A DNA stretch of 64,000 nucleotides, from NCBI GenBank assembly GCA_035776655.1, contig DASTWK010000092.1, positions 6,259-70,258 on the forward strand, written 5' to 3'. The translations under genes were made by a program, and so were the position numbers. The DNA comes from Mycobacteriales bacterium (GTDB lineage: Bacteria > Actinomycetota > Actinomycetes > JAFAQI01). Under the pieces are notes generated by a model that saw nothing but the letters and a program-made list of their open reading frames with translations, was not told the origin of the DNA and made no database searches. Numbering within the stretch: the first letter of the stretch is position 1; each line of letters starts with the position of its first letter. This document shows positions 26,331 through 35,533 of this stretch, in pieces.

Positions 26331-27050
26331 TCAGATCTCGGTGCGCACGAACCGTACGCCGGCGACGGTGGCCTCTCCGCCGCGTCCGACGACGGCCGCG
26401 TGCACCTCGACGATCCGCTCGACCCCGTCAGCCGCGGCTCGGAACTCCACCCGCTGCGCACCACCGTCGAGCCACAGCCCGGCTGTGTCCGGCACGACAC
26501 CGAGCAGCTCGCCCCAGCGCCGGGCCGCCGCCACCGGGTCGCGCACGGCCACCGTCAGCCCGCGCAACCCTTCACCGCGGTGCTCCGGCGCCGCCGCGGC
26601 AAACGCGGCGCCCTCCCACGCCGGACCGCCCCAGCGCCAGGACCCGACCGGATCGGTCACGTCGAGCGCGACGATCGCCCCCGGCACGTCCTTCGGATGC
26701 AGGTGCAGGTCGACGATGTGCGGCCACACCTCGTCGTGCACCACCCGTACGCCGGCTGCGGCGACGCGCCGCCGTACCGCTTCTTCATCGGCCAGCTCGA
26801 ACATGCACATGTAGCCGCAGTCGCCGCCGGCTCGATCGATCTGCCGCCCGGCTGCGGTTCCCTCCCGCACCGGGGAGACGACCTCGACGAACGTGTTTCC
26901 GAGGGCATAGACCGCGTTGCCCAGACCGTAATGCTCCACGCCCGCGTCGTGGAACGGCGCAGACACAGCGAGCTCGGCCTCGAGCCGGCGGCAGGTCGCC
27001 TCCAGGTCGGCCGAGGCCAGCACCGCTTGGCGCAGTCTCGGCAAAGCCAT
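26331..27050 (-). CDS. glyoxalase-like (VOC) two-domain protein
   Basis: The 239-aa product from ATG 27050 (MALPRLRQAVLASADLEA...) contains LGNAVYALGNTFVEVVSP and LRGLTVAVRDP segments typical of VOC modules. Confidence 0.6.
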   Translation of the reverse strand: MALPRLRQAVLASADLEATCRRLEAELAVSAPFHDAGVEHYGLGNAVYALGNTFVEVVSPVREGTAAGRQIDRAGGDCGYMCMFELADEEAVRRRVAAAGVRVVHDEVWPHIVDLHLHPKDVPGAIVALDVTDPVGSWRWGGPAWEGAAFAAAAPEHRGEGLRGLTVAVRDPVAAARRWGELLGVVPDTAGLWLDGGAQRVEFRAAADGVERIVEVHAAVVGRGGEATVAGVRFVRTEI

Positions 27051-27201
27051 CCGCGGATCGTAGCGACAGCCGCATGCGTGCCGCGGGAGCAGCCGTCGCC
27101 GCCGGTGCGACACGCCCGTTTGCCGAAAGTCGGTACATCCGGCGTGTCGGCATGGCAGGCTGCCCGCTAATCCGTTTCCACGAGGCCAAGGGGGGCCTTT
27201 C

Positions 27202-28092
27202 ATGCATTTCCGCACACGCACGGTTGCGTCGATCGCCGTGGCGAGCGCCGCAGCGATCACCGCGAGCACGGGGGCTGTAGCGCTGGCGGCATCCAGCAGC
27301 GCGACCCGCACTGCGGCCGCGGCTGCCGTTCCGGTCGTCACGGTGCACATGAGCGACTCCGCGATCAAGCTGAGCGGCGGCGGCACCACGACGTCCAACG
27401 GGTCGACCACGGTGCACGCCGGTCGAATCACCTTCCGCGTCGTCACCGGCGCCGGTGACCACGTCCTGCAGATCATGCGGTTCCGCCACGGCTACACGGC
27501 CCAGGACGCGCAGCAGGACATCCCCAAGGCGTTCAGCGGGGACACCGACGCGATCAAGCGGGTCGACGACGGCATCAGCTTCCGCGGTGGCGCCGAGGCC
27601 AAGCCGCAGCACCCCGGGCGCATGGTCGTGACGCTGTCGAAGGGCGAGTACTTCCTCGTCGACCAGAACGGCAACGCGGGCGCGGTGCTCGAGGTGACCG
27701 GCTCGGTGCCGGCTCGGGCGACGGTCCCGCACCAGGGCACCTACACCGCGTTCACCTACGGCTGGGACGTCACGAAGAACCTGCCGGCGAAGGGCGTGGT
27801 GCGAGTCCACAACCAGGCCGACCAGCCGCACTTCCTCGAGATCCAGCACATCAAGGAGAGCACCACCAAGCGCCAGGTGCGCAAGGTGATGTCGCCGAAC
27901 TACAAGGGCGGTCAGCCGTCATGGGCGCTGAAGGGGACGGCGCAGTCCGGCGTCATCTCGCCGACCAAGTCGCAGCTGCTCAAGTACGACCTGCCGGCGG
28001 GCAAGTACGTCATCGCCTGCTTCTGGCCGGACCTGAACAGCGGCATGCCGCACGCGTTCATGGGCATGTGGAAGATCGTCCACCTGTCGTAG
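27202..28092 (+). CDS. secreted protein of unknown function, possibly cupredoxin-like
   Basis: Signal peptide MHFRTRTVASIAVASAAAITASTGAVALA. An N-terminal beta-rich module (VTVHMSDSAIKLSGG...HAGRITFRVVTGAGDHVLQI) and a C-terminal Cys/His/Met cluster YVIACFWPDLNSGMPHAFMGMW. Confidence 0.7.
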   Translation: MHFRTRTVASIAVASAAAITASTGAVALAASSSATRTAAAAAVPVVTVHMSDSAIKLSGGGTTTSNGSTTVHAGRITFRVVTGAGDHVLQIMRFRHGYTAQDAQQDIPKAFSGDTDAIKRVDDGISFRGGAEAKPQHPGRMVVTLSKGEYFLVDQNGNAGAVLEVTGSVPARATVPHQGTYTAFTYGWDVTKNLPAKGVVRVHNQADQPHFLEIQHIKESTTKRQVRKVMSPNYKGGQPSWALKGTAQSGVISPTKSQLLKYDLPAGKYVIACFWPDLNSGMPHAFMGMWKIVHLS

Positions 28093-28110
28093 CAGACTGA
28101 CAGGCACCAC

Positions 28111-28142
28111 AGGAGCCGGCGGCCACGTGGCCGCCGGCTCCT
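28111..28142. terminator. 32-nt perfect palindrome (strong hairpin) after the secreted-protein gene
   Basis: AGGAGCCGGCGGCCAC|GTGGCCGCCGGCTCCT, located 19 nt after the stop at 28092. Confidence 0.6.
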
Positions 28143-28176
28143 GCTGTTCCCACCGCCTGCGAAACGGAGTCGCTCG

Positions 28177-28959
28177 ATGCTCGACCTGCGCAACACGTCG
28201 TCCCTCGTCACCGGGGGAGCCTCCGGCCTCGGTGAGGCGGCCGCCCGGCTGCTCGCCGAGCGCGGCGCCAAGGTCGTCGTCGCCGACCTCAACGACGACC
28301 GCGGCAAGCGGGTGGCCGACGAGCTCGGCGGGGTCTACGTCCACGCCGATGTCACCGACACCGAGCAAGTCATCGAGGCGGTCACCGCCGCCGAGGAGCT
28401 CGGGCCGCTGCGCACGCTGGTCACCGCCGCCGGCCTCGGCTGGGCGAGCCGCACGATCGGCAAGGACGGCGAGTTCTCCTCGGCTCACGACCTCGGCGCG
28501 TTCCAGCGCATCATCGGCATCAACCTCGTCGGCACGTTCAACTGCATCCGTCTCGCCGCCACGGCGATGGGCCGCACGCAGCCGGTCAACGACGATGGCG
28601 AGCGCGGGGCGATCGTGACCCTCGCCTCGCTCGCAGCCTTCGACGGCCAGATCGGGCAGGCTGCTTACAGCGCGAGCAAGGGCGGGGTCGTCGGCATGAC
28701 GCTGCCGATCGCGCGCGACCTGGCCGTCGTCGGCGTACGCCTCAACTGCGTCGCGCCCGGCCTGTTCGACACCCCGATCTACGGGGAGGGGCCGGCGTCG
28801 GAGGCGTTCAAGGACAGCCTCAAGCGCGACGTGCTGTTCCCCAAGCGACTCGGCCACGCCGACGAGCTCGCGACGATGATCGTCGAGCTGCTCACGAACT
28901 CCTACATGAACGGAGAGGTGCTCCGGGTCGACGGCGGTGCCCGCCTGCAGCCGAAGTAA
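28177..28959 (+). CDS. SDR family oxidoreductase (3-hydroxyacyl-CoA dehydrogenase type-2-like)
   Basis: TGGASGLG cofactor motif and the catalytic YSASKGG. Confidence 0.9.
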   Translation: MLDLRNTSSLVTGGASGLGEAAARLLAERGAKVVVADLNDDRGKRVADELGGVYVHADVTDTEQVIEAVTAAEELGPLRTLVTAAGLGWASRTIGKDGEFSSAHDLGAFQRIIGINLVGTFNCIRLAATAMGRTQPVNDDGERGAIVTLASLAAFDGQIGQAAYSASKGGVVGMTLPIARDLAVVGVRLNCVAPGLFDTPIYGEGPASEAFKDSLKRDVLFPKRLGHADELATMIVELLTNSYMNGEVLRVDGGARLQPK

Positions 28960-28980
28960 CGGCCGGCGCGGAGCCGGCGG

Positions 28981-29664
28981 TCAGAGCGGCCGGGGCTCGT
29001 CGAAGGTCGCCTGCATCCGCTCGATCCATGTCGTCAACGTCGGCGTTGCCGGCAGCCCCAGCGACGCCAGCTCCTTGCCGATCGGGTGTGCGCCGAGCGA
29101 CAGCGCGAACCCTTCGCCGCCGAAGCGCACCGACATGCCGCTGCCGCCCTGGCTGAACGCGGTGGCATGCGGCCGTCCGCCCAACAAGCTGTACGACGTC
29201 ATGGGCGCCATCGGCATCTCGTCCGACCCGCCCCGCGGGACGGTCACGTCCAGGACGCGCTCACCGTCCATCGTCAGCACCCAGCGCGAGGAGGTCTCGG
29301 TCTGCGTCACGTCGATCCGCTCGACGCTCTTCGGATAGCCCCAGATCTCGTTGCCGGCCACACACGTGAACTCCTGGTCGACCGGCAGGTGGGTGATGAA
29401 CGAGCCGTCCGGGCCACCGCCGACCGGCCGCACGAACAGGATCGTGCCGACCTCGTGATAGGCCCCCAGGTCGTTGTCGCGATAGTCCACCAGCGCCAAC
29501 GCGACCTGCGCGCGACCCTGCGCCGGCTCGATCACCTCGAACCCGGCCGGGCACAGTGCAGCCGCCGCGGCATGCTCCACGTCGAACAGGACAGTTGCCG
29601 CCGAGGCGTCGCGCACCCGCACCGGCATCGTCACCGCGCGGCCGAGGATCTGATGCGTCGTCAT
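28981..29664 (-). CDS. acetoacetate decarboxylase (ADC) family protein
   Basis: The size and pattern (YRDNDLGAYHEV...FVRP..., NEIWGYPK) resemble the ADC family. The start is uncertain: ATG 29664 is preferred, and the track start at 29712 would leave only 20 bp to the divergent gene. Confidence 0.65.
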   Translation of the reverse strand: MTTHQILGRAVTMPVRVRDASAATVLFDVEHAAAAALCPAGFEVIEPAQGRAQVALALVDYRDNDLGAYHEVGTILFVRPVGGGPDGSFITHLPVDQEFTCVAGNEIWGYPKSVERIDVTQTETSSRWVLTMDGERVLDVTVPRGGSDEMPMAPMTSYSLLGGRPHATAFSQGGSGMSVRFGGEGFALSLGAHPIGKELASLGLPATPTLTTWIERMQATFDEPRPL

Positions 29665-29732
29665 ATCCGCATCCAATCGGGCCGGCGTCCGTCGCGCCAG
29701 CAGCCGCCGCAACCGGGCTAACGTCTCGCCTC

Positions 29733-30500
29733 GTGGCCACTCGACCGGCGTCCGGTGGCGGTCGCTGGGTCGAGGTCGCGCCCGAGCGCCTGCCGGGTTT
29801 CCTCACCCGCTTCGGCGAGCGTCACGGTGTGCTGACGTGGACGGCCGGTGCGAACGCCCCGGACGACACTGCCGGCAGCGGTGACGACGCTGCCGGCAAC
29901 GCTGTGGAGCGCATCACTGTGGTCGCGGCGGACGGCGCGGTCGCCGACTGCGAGGTGCCGTTCCCGCCGTTGCGCATCGATCCCGCCGCCCCCTACGGCG
30001 GCCTGCTCGGTCACGTCGCGGCCGACCGCACGGTCGGGGTGCTGCTGGTCCGCCGCGGCGGCTACGCCGCCGGCGTCTTCACCGGCACCCGTCTGCTCGC
30101 CTCCAAGGTCGGGTCGCGGCACGTGCAGGGCCGCACCGCCGCCGGCGGCTGGTCCCAGCAACGCTTCGCCCGCCGCCGCGCGGGACAGGCGCGCGAAGCC
30201 GGGCAGGCAGCCGCCGACGTCGCCGCTGACGTGCTGCTGGCGCACCTGCCCGACCTCGCCGCCGTCGTGGCCGGCGGCGACCGAAGGGCGTGCGACGAGG
30301 TGCTCGCCGACCGGCGACTGGCGCCGCTGCAACCTTTGCTGGTGTCGCGGCGCCTCACCGTGCCCGACCCGCGCCAACGCGTCCTGCTCGCCACCCCGCA
30401 ACAGTTCCGCGCGGTCCGGATCCGCATCGACGATCCCGCCGTACCCGCACTGGCCGAGCCACCCACCGACCGGCACGAGCCACCCACCCCGCTCGGCTGA
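29733..30500 (+). CDS. actinobacterial Vms1-like release factor homologue (acVLRF1-type putative peptidyl-tRNA hydrolase)
   Basis: The 255-aa product contains GVLLVRRGGYAAGVF...SKVGSRHVQGRTAAGGWSQQRFARRR. This Gly/Gln loop and layout are what I recall for the family annotated as acVLRF1. The stop lies 20 nt before hrpA. Confidence 0.6.
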   Translation: MATRPASGGGRWVEVAPERLPGFLTRFGERHGVLTWTAGANAPDDTAGSGDDAAGNAVERITVVAADGAVADCEVPFPPLRIDPAAPYGGLLGHVAADRTVGVLLVRRGGYAAGVFTGTRLLASKVGSRHVQGRTAAGGWSQQRFARRRAGQAREAGQAAADVAADVLLAHLPDLAAVVAGGDRRACDEVLADRRLAPLQPLLVSRRLTVPDPRQRVLLATPQQFRAVRIRIDDPAVPALAEPPTDRHEPPTPLG

Positions 30501-30520
30501 CCGGCGACAATAGGGATGCT

Positions 30521-33500
30521 GTGCCTGCCACCCCTGACGAGCGGCGTCTCGCCCGCCGACGTGCCCTGGTCCCCGCGGTCAGCTATCCGGACGAGCTTCC
30601 GGTCAGCGCGCACGTGGACGACATCGCCGCCGCCATCCGCGACCATCAGGTCGTCGTCGTAGCGGGTGAGACCGGGTCGGGCAAGACCACCCAGCTGCCG
30701 AAGGTCTGCCTCGCCCTCGGCCGCGGCATCACCGGCACGATCGCCCACACCCAACCGCGGCGCATCGCCGCCCGCGCCGTGGCCGAACGGCTCGCCGCCG
30801 AGCTCGACGTGCCGGTCGGGCAAGCCGTCGGCTATCAGGTGCGGTTCACCCGCCGGACCAGCCGGGACACGCTCGTCAAGGTGATGACCGACGGCGTGCT
30901 GCTCGCCGAGATCGCCCACGACCGCGACCTGCGCGGCTACGACACCGTCATCGTCGACGAGGCGCACGAGCGCTCCCTGAACATCGACTTCCTGCTCGGC
31001 TATCTCACCCGACTGCTGCCCCGCCGACCCGAGCTGCGTGTCGTCGTCACCTCGGCGACCATCGACCCGCAACGGTTCGCCGACCACTTCGCCGCGCACG
31101 GCATCGCGACACCGATCATCGAAGTGTCCGGCCGGACCTATCCGGTGGAGATCCGTTACCGGCCGCCGGAGGAGGGCGCCGACCAGGTGCAGGCGGTCAT
31201 CGACGCGGTCGGCGCCCTGTCCGCCGAGGGGCCGGGGGACACGCTGGTCTTCCTCTCCGGCGAGCGGGAGATCCGCGATACCGCCGAAGCGCTGCGCGGC
31301 GCGGTCACCCGCCGCCACCTCGATGCGGTCGAGGTGCTGCCGCTCTACGGACGGCTCTCGGCGGCCGAGCAGCACCGCGTCTTCGCACCGCGCGCGACCG
31401 GCACGCGGCGGGTCGTGCTCGCCACCAACGTCGCCGAGACCTCGCTCACCGTCCCGGGCATCCACTACGTGGTCGACACCGGCACCGCGCGCATCTCCCG
31501 CTACAGCCACCGGCTGAAGGTGCAGCGGCTGCCGATCGAGAAGATCTCGCAGGCGTCGGCACGGCAGCGCGCCGGCCGCTGCGGCCGGGTCGCCGAGGGC
31601 ATCTGCATCCGGCTGTACGACGAGGACGACCACGCCGCCCGCCCGGCCTACACCGACCCGGAGATCCTGCGCACGAACCTCGCCGCGGTCATCCTGCAGA
31701 TGGCCGCGCTCGACCTCGGGGACGTCGCCGACTTCCCGTTCCTCGACCCTCCCGATCGCCGCGCCGTCCGCGACGGCATGTCGCTGCTGCACGAGCTCGG
31801 CGCGCTCATCGAGACCGGCGGCCACCCGCGGCTCACCGACCTCGGGCGCCGCCTCGCCCGGCTGCCGCTCGACCCGCGGCTGGGCCGGATGGTGCTGGAG
31901 GCCGAGCGGTTCGGATGCGTCCGCGACGTGCTCGTGGTGGCGGCCGCGTTGACGATCCAGGATCCGCGCGAGCGGCCGGTCGACGCGCAGGAGCAGGCCG
32001 ACCAGAGCCACCGCCGGTTCGCCGACGACAGCAGTGATGTCATCTCTTGGCTCAACCTGTGGCGCTATCTCGACGAGCAGCAGCAGGCGTTGTCGTCGTC
32101 GGCGTTCCGGCGCATGTGCCGCCGTGAGTTCCTGCACTACCTGCGCATCCGCGAGTGGCAGGACCTGGTCGCGCAACTGCAGGAGATCGCGACCAAAGAC
32201 CTGCACCTGACGGTGGGTGAGGTGTGGGCGCATCCCGACCACGTGCACCGCGCGTTGCTGCCCGGGCTGCTGTCCCAGCTGGGCGTGAAGGAGCCGGACG
32301 GTCGCGGCTACCTCGGCGCGCGCGGCGCCACCTTCGTGCTGTGGCCGGGCTCCGGCCTCGCGAAGCAGCAACCGCGATGGGTGATGGCCGCGGAGCTGGT
32401 CGAGACCTCGCGGCTGTTCGCCCGCACGGTCGCGCGGATCGACCCGCAGTGGGTCGAGCCGGTCGCGGCCCACCTGGTGCAGCGCACCTACAGCGAGCCG
32501 CACTGGGACGCCCGCCGCGGCGCCGTCATGGCCTATGAACGGGTCACGCTCTACGGCATCCCGATCGTCACCCGGCGCCGGGTCGGCTACGCCCGCGTCG
32601 ACCCGGCACTTGCGCACGAGCTGTTCCTGCGGCACGCGCTGGTCGAGGGGGAGTGGGACGCCCACCACGCGTTCCTGCAGCACAACCGCGCGCTGCTGGA
32701 TGATGTGCGCGAGCTCGAAGACCGGCTGCGCCGCCGGGACCTCGCCGTCGACGACGAGGCGCTCCTCGCCTTCTACGCCGCCCGGGTGCCGGCGAGCGTC
32801 GTCTCGAGCCGCCACTTCGATGCGTGGTGGAAGGCTGCCCGCCGGGACACCCCGCACCTGCTCGACCTGACGACGGCGGACCTGCTCGCCGGCGCCGACC
32901 TGCCCGATCCGGACGCGATGCCGGACACGTGGCTGACTGGCGAGCTCGCGCTCCCGGTCACCTATCGGTTCACTCCCGGCGACGTCGACGACGGCGCGAC
33001 CGTGCACCTGCCCATGGCGGTGCTCAACCGGTTGCCGGCGGCGGCGTTCAGCTGGCACGTGCCTGGCCTGCGTGCGGAGCTCGCGACGGCGCTGCTGCGC
33101 GGGTTGCCGAAGGCGCTGCGGCGCGCCTTCGTGCCGGCACCGGACACCGCTGCGGCGGCACTGGCGACGATGACGTACGACGAGCGCATGCCCTTCCCCG
33201 TCGCCCTGGGCAAGGCCCTGCACCGGCTCACTGCGGTGGAGGTGCCGCCCGATGCCTGGGACGTCGGCGGGCTCCCGACGTACCTGCGGTTGCACCTCGC
33301 GGTCAGCGACGACAGCGGCCGCGTGCTCGCCGTCGCCGACGACCTCGACGAGCTGCGCCGGCGGCTGGCTCCGCACATCCGCATCGCGGTCGCCGCCGCC
33401 GCGCCGGCGCTCGAGCGCAGCGGACTGCGGGAGTGGCCGCTGACCGGCCGGGCCGGCGGCGGGTTGCCGCGCACCCTTGACACCGAGCGCGACGGGTTGC

Positions 33501-34291
33501 GGGTCACCGGCTATCCGGCGCTCGTCGACGAGGGCGAGACGGTCGGCGTGCGCGTCCTCACCACGCCGGGTGAGCAGGCCGCGGCGATGCGGCTCGGCAC
33601 CCGGCGGCTGTTGCTGCTCTCGGTGCCGTCACCGGCGCGGGTGGTCCTCGACGCGATGACCGCACGAGACAAGCTCGCGCTCTCTCGCGACACCGATGGG
33701 CGCCCGGCCGACGCAGTGCGCGACGCGATCACCGCCGCGATCGACCAGCTCGTGGCAGAGCACGGCGGCCCGGCCTGGGACGCCACCGGGTTCGCCGCGC
33801 TGCGCGGCTTCGTGGCGAGCCGCCTCACCGTCACCACCCGCGCGGTGCTCGAGAACGTGGCCGAGGTGCACGCGCTCGCTCATGCGTTGCGGGAGCGGCT
33901 GGCGGCCGATCCGCCGCCGCTGTGGCGGCCGTCGTACGACGACCTGCGCGGGCAGCTCGCCGCGCTCGTTCCACCGGGGGTCGCCACCGCGGTCGGCGCT
34001 CCGCGGCTGCCGCACCTGGTCCGCTACCTGCAGGCGATGCAGCAGCGGCTCGACCGGTTGCCGTCGGACCCCGGCCGCGACCTGACGCTGATGGATCGGG
34101 TGCACGCCGTCGAGGATGCGTGGCACGACGCCCTCGACGCGCTGCCCGTCGGTGTCGAGGTGCCGGCCACACTGGGCGAGGTGCGGTGGATGCTCGAGGA
34201 GCTGCGGGTCAGCCTGTTCGCCCAACAGCTCGGCACCGCGCATCCGGTCTCGGAGAAGCGCATCCTGCAGGCCGTCGCTGCCGCGAGGTGA
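30521..34291 (+). CDS. hrpA: ATP-dependent DEAH-box RNA helicase HrpA
   Basis: GETGSGKTTQLPK, DEAHERS, SATID, FLSGEREI, TNVAETSLTVPGI and QRAGRCGR, plus the long HrpA-specific C-terminal region. GTG 30521 was chosen because the track ORF start at 30290 overlaps the upstream gene. Confidence 0.95.
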   Translation: MPATPDERRLARRRALVPAVSYPDELPVSAHVDDIAAAIRDHQVVVVAGETGSGKTTQLPKVCLALGRGITGTIAHTQPRRIAARAVAERLAAELDVPVGQAVGYQVRFTRRTSRDTLVKVMTDGVLLAEIAHDRDLRGYDTVIVDEAHERSLNIDFLLGYLTRLLPRRPELRVVVTSATIDPQRFADHFAAHGIATPIIEVSGRTYPVEIRYRPPEEGADQVQAVIDAVGALSAEGPGDTLVFLSGEREIRDTAEALRGAVTRRHLDAVEVLPLYGRLSAAEQHRVFAPRATGTRRVVLATNVAETSLTVPGIHYVVDTGTARISRYSHRLKVQRLPIEKISQASARQRAGRCGRVAEGICIRLYDEDDHAARPAYTDPEILRTNLAAVILQMAALDLGDVADFPFLDPPDRRAVRDGMSLLHELGALIETGGHPRLTDLGRRLARLPLDPRLGRMVLEAERFGCVRDVLVVAAALTIQDPRERPVDAQEQADQSHRRFADDSSDVISWLNLWRYLDEQQQALSSSAFRRMCRREFLHYLRIREWQDLVAQLQEIATKDLHLTVGEVWAHPDHVHRALLPGLLSQLGVKEPDGRGYLGARGATFVLWPGSGLAKQQPRWVMAAELVETSRLFARTVARIDPQWVEPVAAHLVQRTYSEPHWDARRGAVMAYERVTLYGIPIVTRRRVGYARVDPALAHELFLRHALVEGEWDAHHAFLQHNRALLDDVRELEDRLRRRDLAVDDEALLAFYAARVPASVVSSRHFDAWWKAARRDTPHLLDLTTADLLAGADLPDPDAMPDTWLTGELALPVTYRFTPGDVDDGATVHLPMAVLNRLPAAAFSWHVPGLRAELATALLRGLPKALRRAFVPAPDTAAAALATMTYDERMPFPVALGKALHRLTAVEVPPDAWDVGGLPTYLRLHLAVSDDSGRVLAVADDLDELRRRLAPHIRIAVAAAAPALERSGLREWPLTGRAGGGLPRTLDTERDGLRVTGYPALVDEGETVGVRVLTTPGEQAAAMRLGTRRLLLLSVPSPARVVLDAMTARDKLALSRDTDGRPADAVRDAITAAIDQLVAEHGGPAWDATGFAALRGFVASRLTVTTRAVLENVAEVHALAHALRERLAADPPPLWRPSYDDLRGQLAALVPPGVATAVGAPRLPHLVRYLQAMQQRLDRLPSDPGRDLTLMDRVHAVEDAWHDALDALPVGVEVPATLGEVRWMLEELRVSLFAQQLGTAHPVSEKRILQAVAAAR

Positions 34292-34300
34292 TCTCTGCGG

Positions 34301-35353
34301 TCACGTCGGAGAGTAGTGCCGGGCCCCTTCGGACACCTCGACTTCCACCCGGCCCTGCGCGACGAGCAGCTCCAGGTGCGCACCGGTCTCGGCGACGGCG
34401 AGCATCTGGTTGAACGGGTCGAGGTCGGCCAGCTCCCGCTCGCGCCGGGTCCAGCGCAGCCGGCCGGCGACCTCGAACGCCGTCGCGGCCCCGGCCTCCA
34501 CCGCCCGCTCCGTTTCGTCCAGCCGCGCGCCGTGATGCGCGACCAGTTCGTCGACCCGGGCGTGCACGCTGTCGGTCACCGGTCCGTGTGCCGGCAGCAG
34601 CCGGGCATCCGGCCGCGACCGCACCAGTGCCAGCGAGGCCAGGAAGTCGCCGAGCGGGTTGGGGGACAGCACCGGCTCGAACCCGATCGACGGCGTGATC
34701 GTCGGCAGCACGTGGTCGCCGGCGAAAAGCAAACCGGCGTCGAGGTCGTGGAACACGACGTGGCCGCGGGTGTGCCCGGGAGTCGGTACGACGTCGAGCT
34801 GCCGCGGCCCCGCCTGGACCGGGCCGGCCTCCAACCACTGGTCCGGCAACGCCCATTCCAGCTCGTCCACCGTCCGGTCGGCGGCCAGGTGGGCGGCGAT
34901 GAGGTCGGCGAGATCGTCGGCGCCGAGCGCGCGCATGGCGCCGATCTGCTGGTGCAGCGGCGGCCGTCCCGGCTCGCGCAGCACCTCGATCGACTCCCGC
35001 TCGCCGGCACCGAGGGCGACGGGTGTGCCCAGCTCCTCCCGCAAGGTGACCGCCTGCTGGTAGTGGTCGCGGTGGATGTGGGTGACGAGGAATCGCCGGA
35101 CGTCGGACAGCTGCCACCCCAACGCACCGAGGCCGTCGAGCAGCGCCGATCGCGCTTCGGGGATCGCCCAGCCCGAGTCGATCAACACTGGCCCGTCCGC
35201 AGCGTGCACGACGTACACGTTCACCGCCCGCAGCCCGTCGTTCGGCAGCGGCAGCGGCACCCGGTGCACGCCCGGCGCGACCTCGAAGACCCCCGGTCGC
35301 GTCCACTCGCCGCGCCCGGTGCTGCCGGGGTCACTCACTGTGGCTGCTGTCAC
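34301..35353 (-). CDS. MBL-fold metallo-hydrolase
   Basis: VYVVHAADGPVLIDSGW and THIHRDHYQ (HxHxDH motif), plus a downstream PTPGHTRGH. Confidence 0.88.
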   Translation of the reverse strand: MTAATVSDPGSTGRGEWTRPGVFEVAPGVHRVPLPLPNDGLRAVNVYVVHAADGPVLIDSGWAIPEARSALLDGLGALGWQLSDVRRFLVTHIHRDHYQQAVTLREELGTPVALGAGERESIEVLREPGRPPLHQQIGAMRALGADDLADLIAAHLAADRTVDELEWALPDQWLEAGPVQAGPRQLDVVPTPGHTRGHVVFHDLDAGLLFAGDHVLPTITPSIGFEPVLSPNPLGDFLASLALVRSRPDARLLPAHGPVTDSVHARVDELVAHHGARLDETERAVEAGAATAFEVAGRLRWTRRERELADLDPFNQMLAVAETGAHLELLVAQGRVEVEVSEGARHYSPT

Positions 35354-35533
35354 CCCGGCAGCATCTCAGGCCCCGGCTAGAGTCGTGGCACACCGGCGGC
35401 CATGCTCGACTCCCCCCGTCGCGGATGGCCGCCGGTGACCCACGGTCCGGGTCCGGCCGGGAAGATCGGTTCGGGTGCGCCCGCCGTTGCTCGCCGGGCC
35501 GAACCGTCGGCGCGCCGACGTACAGTCGACCTC

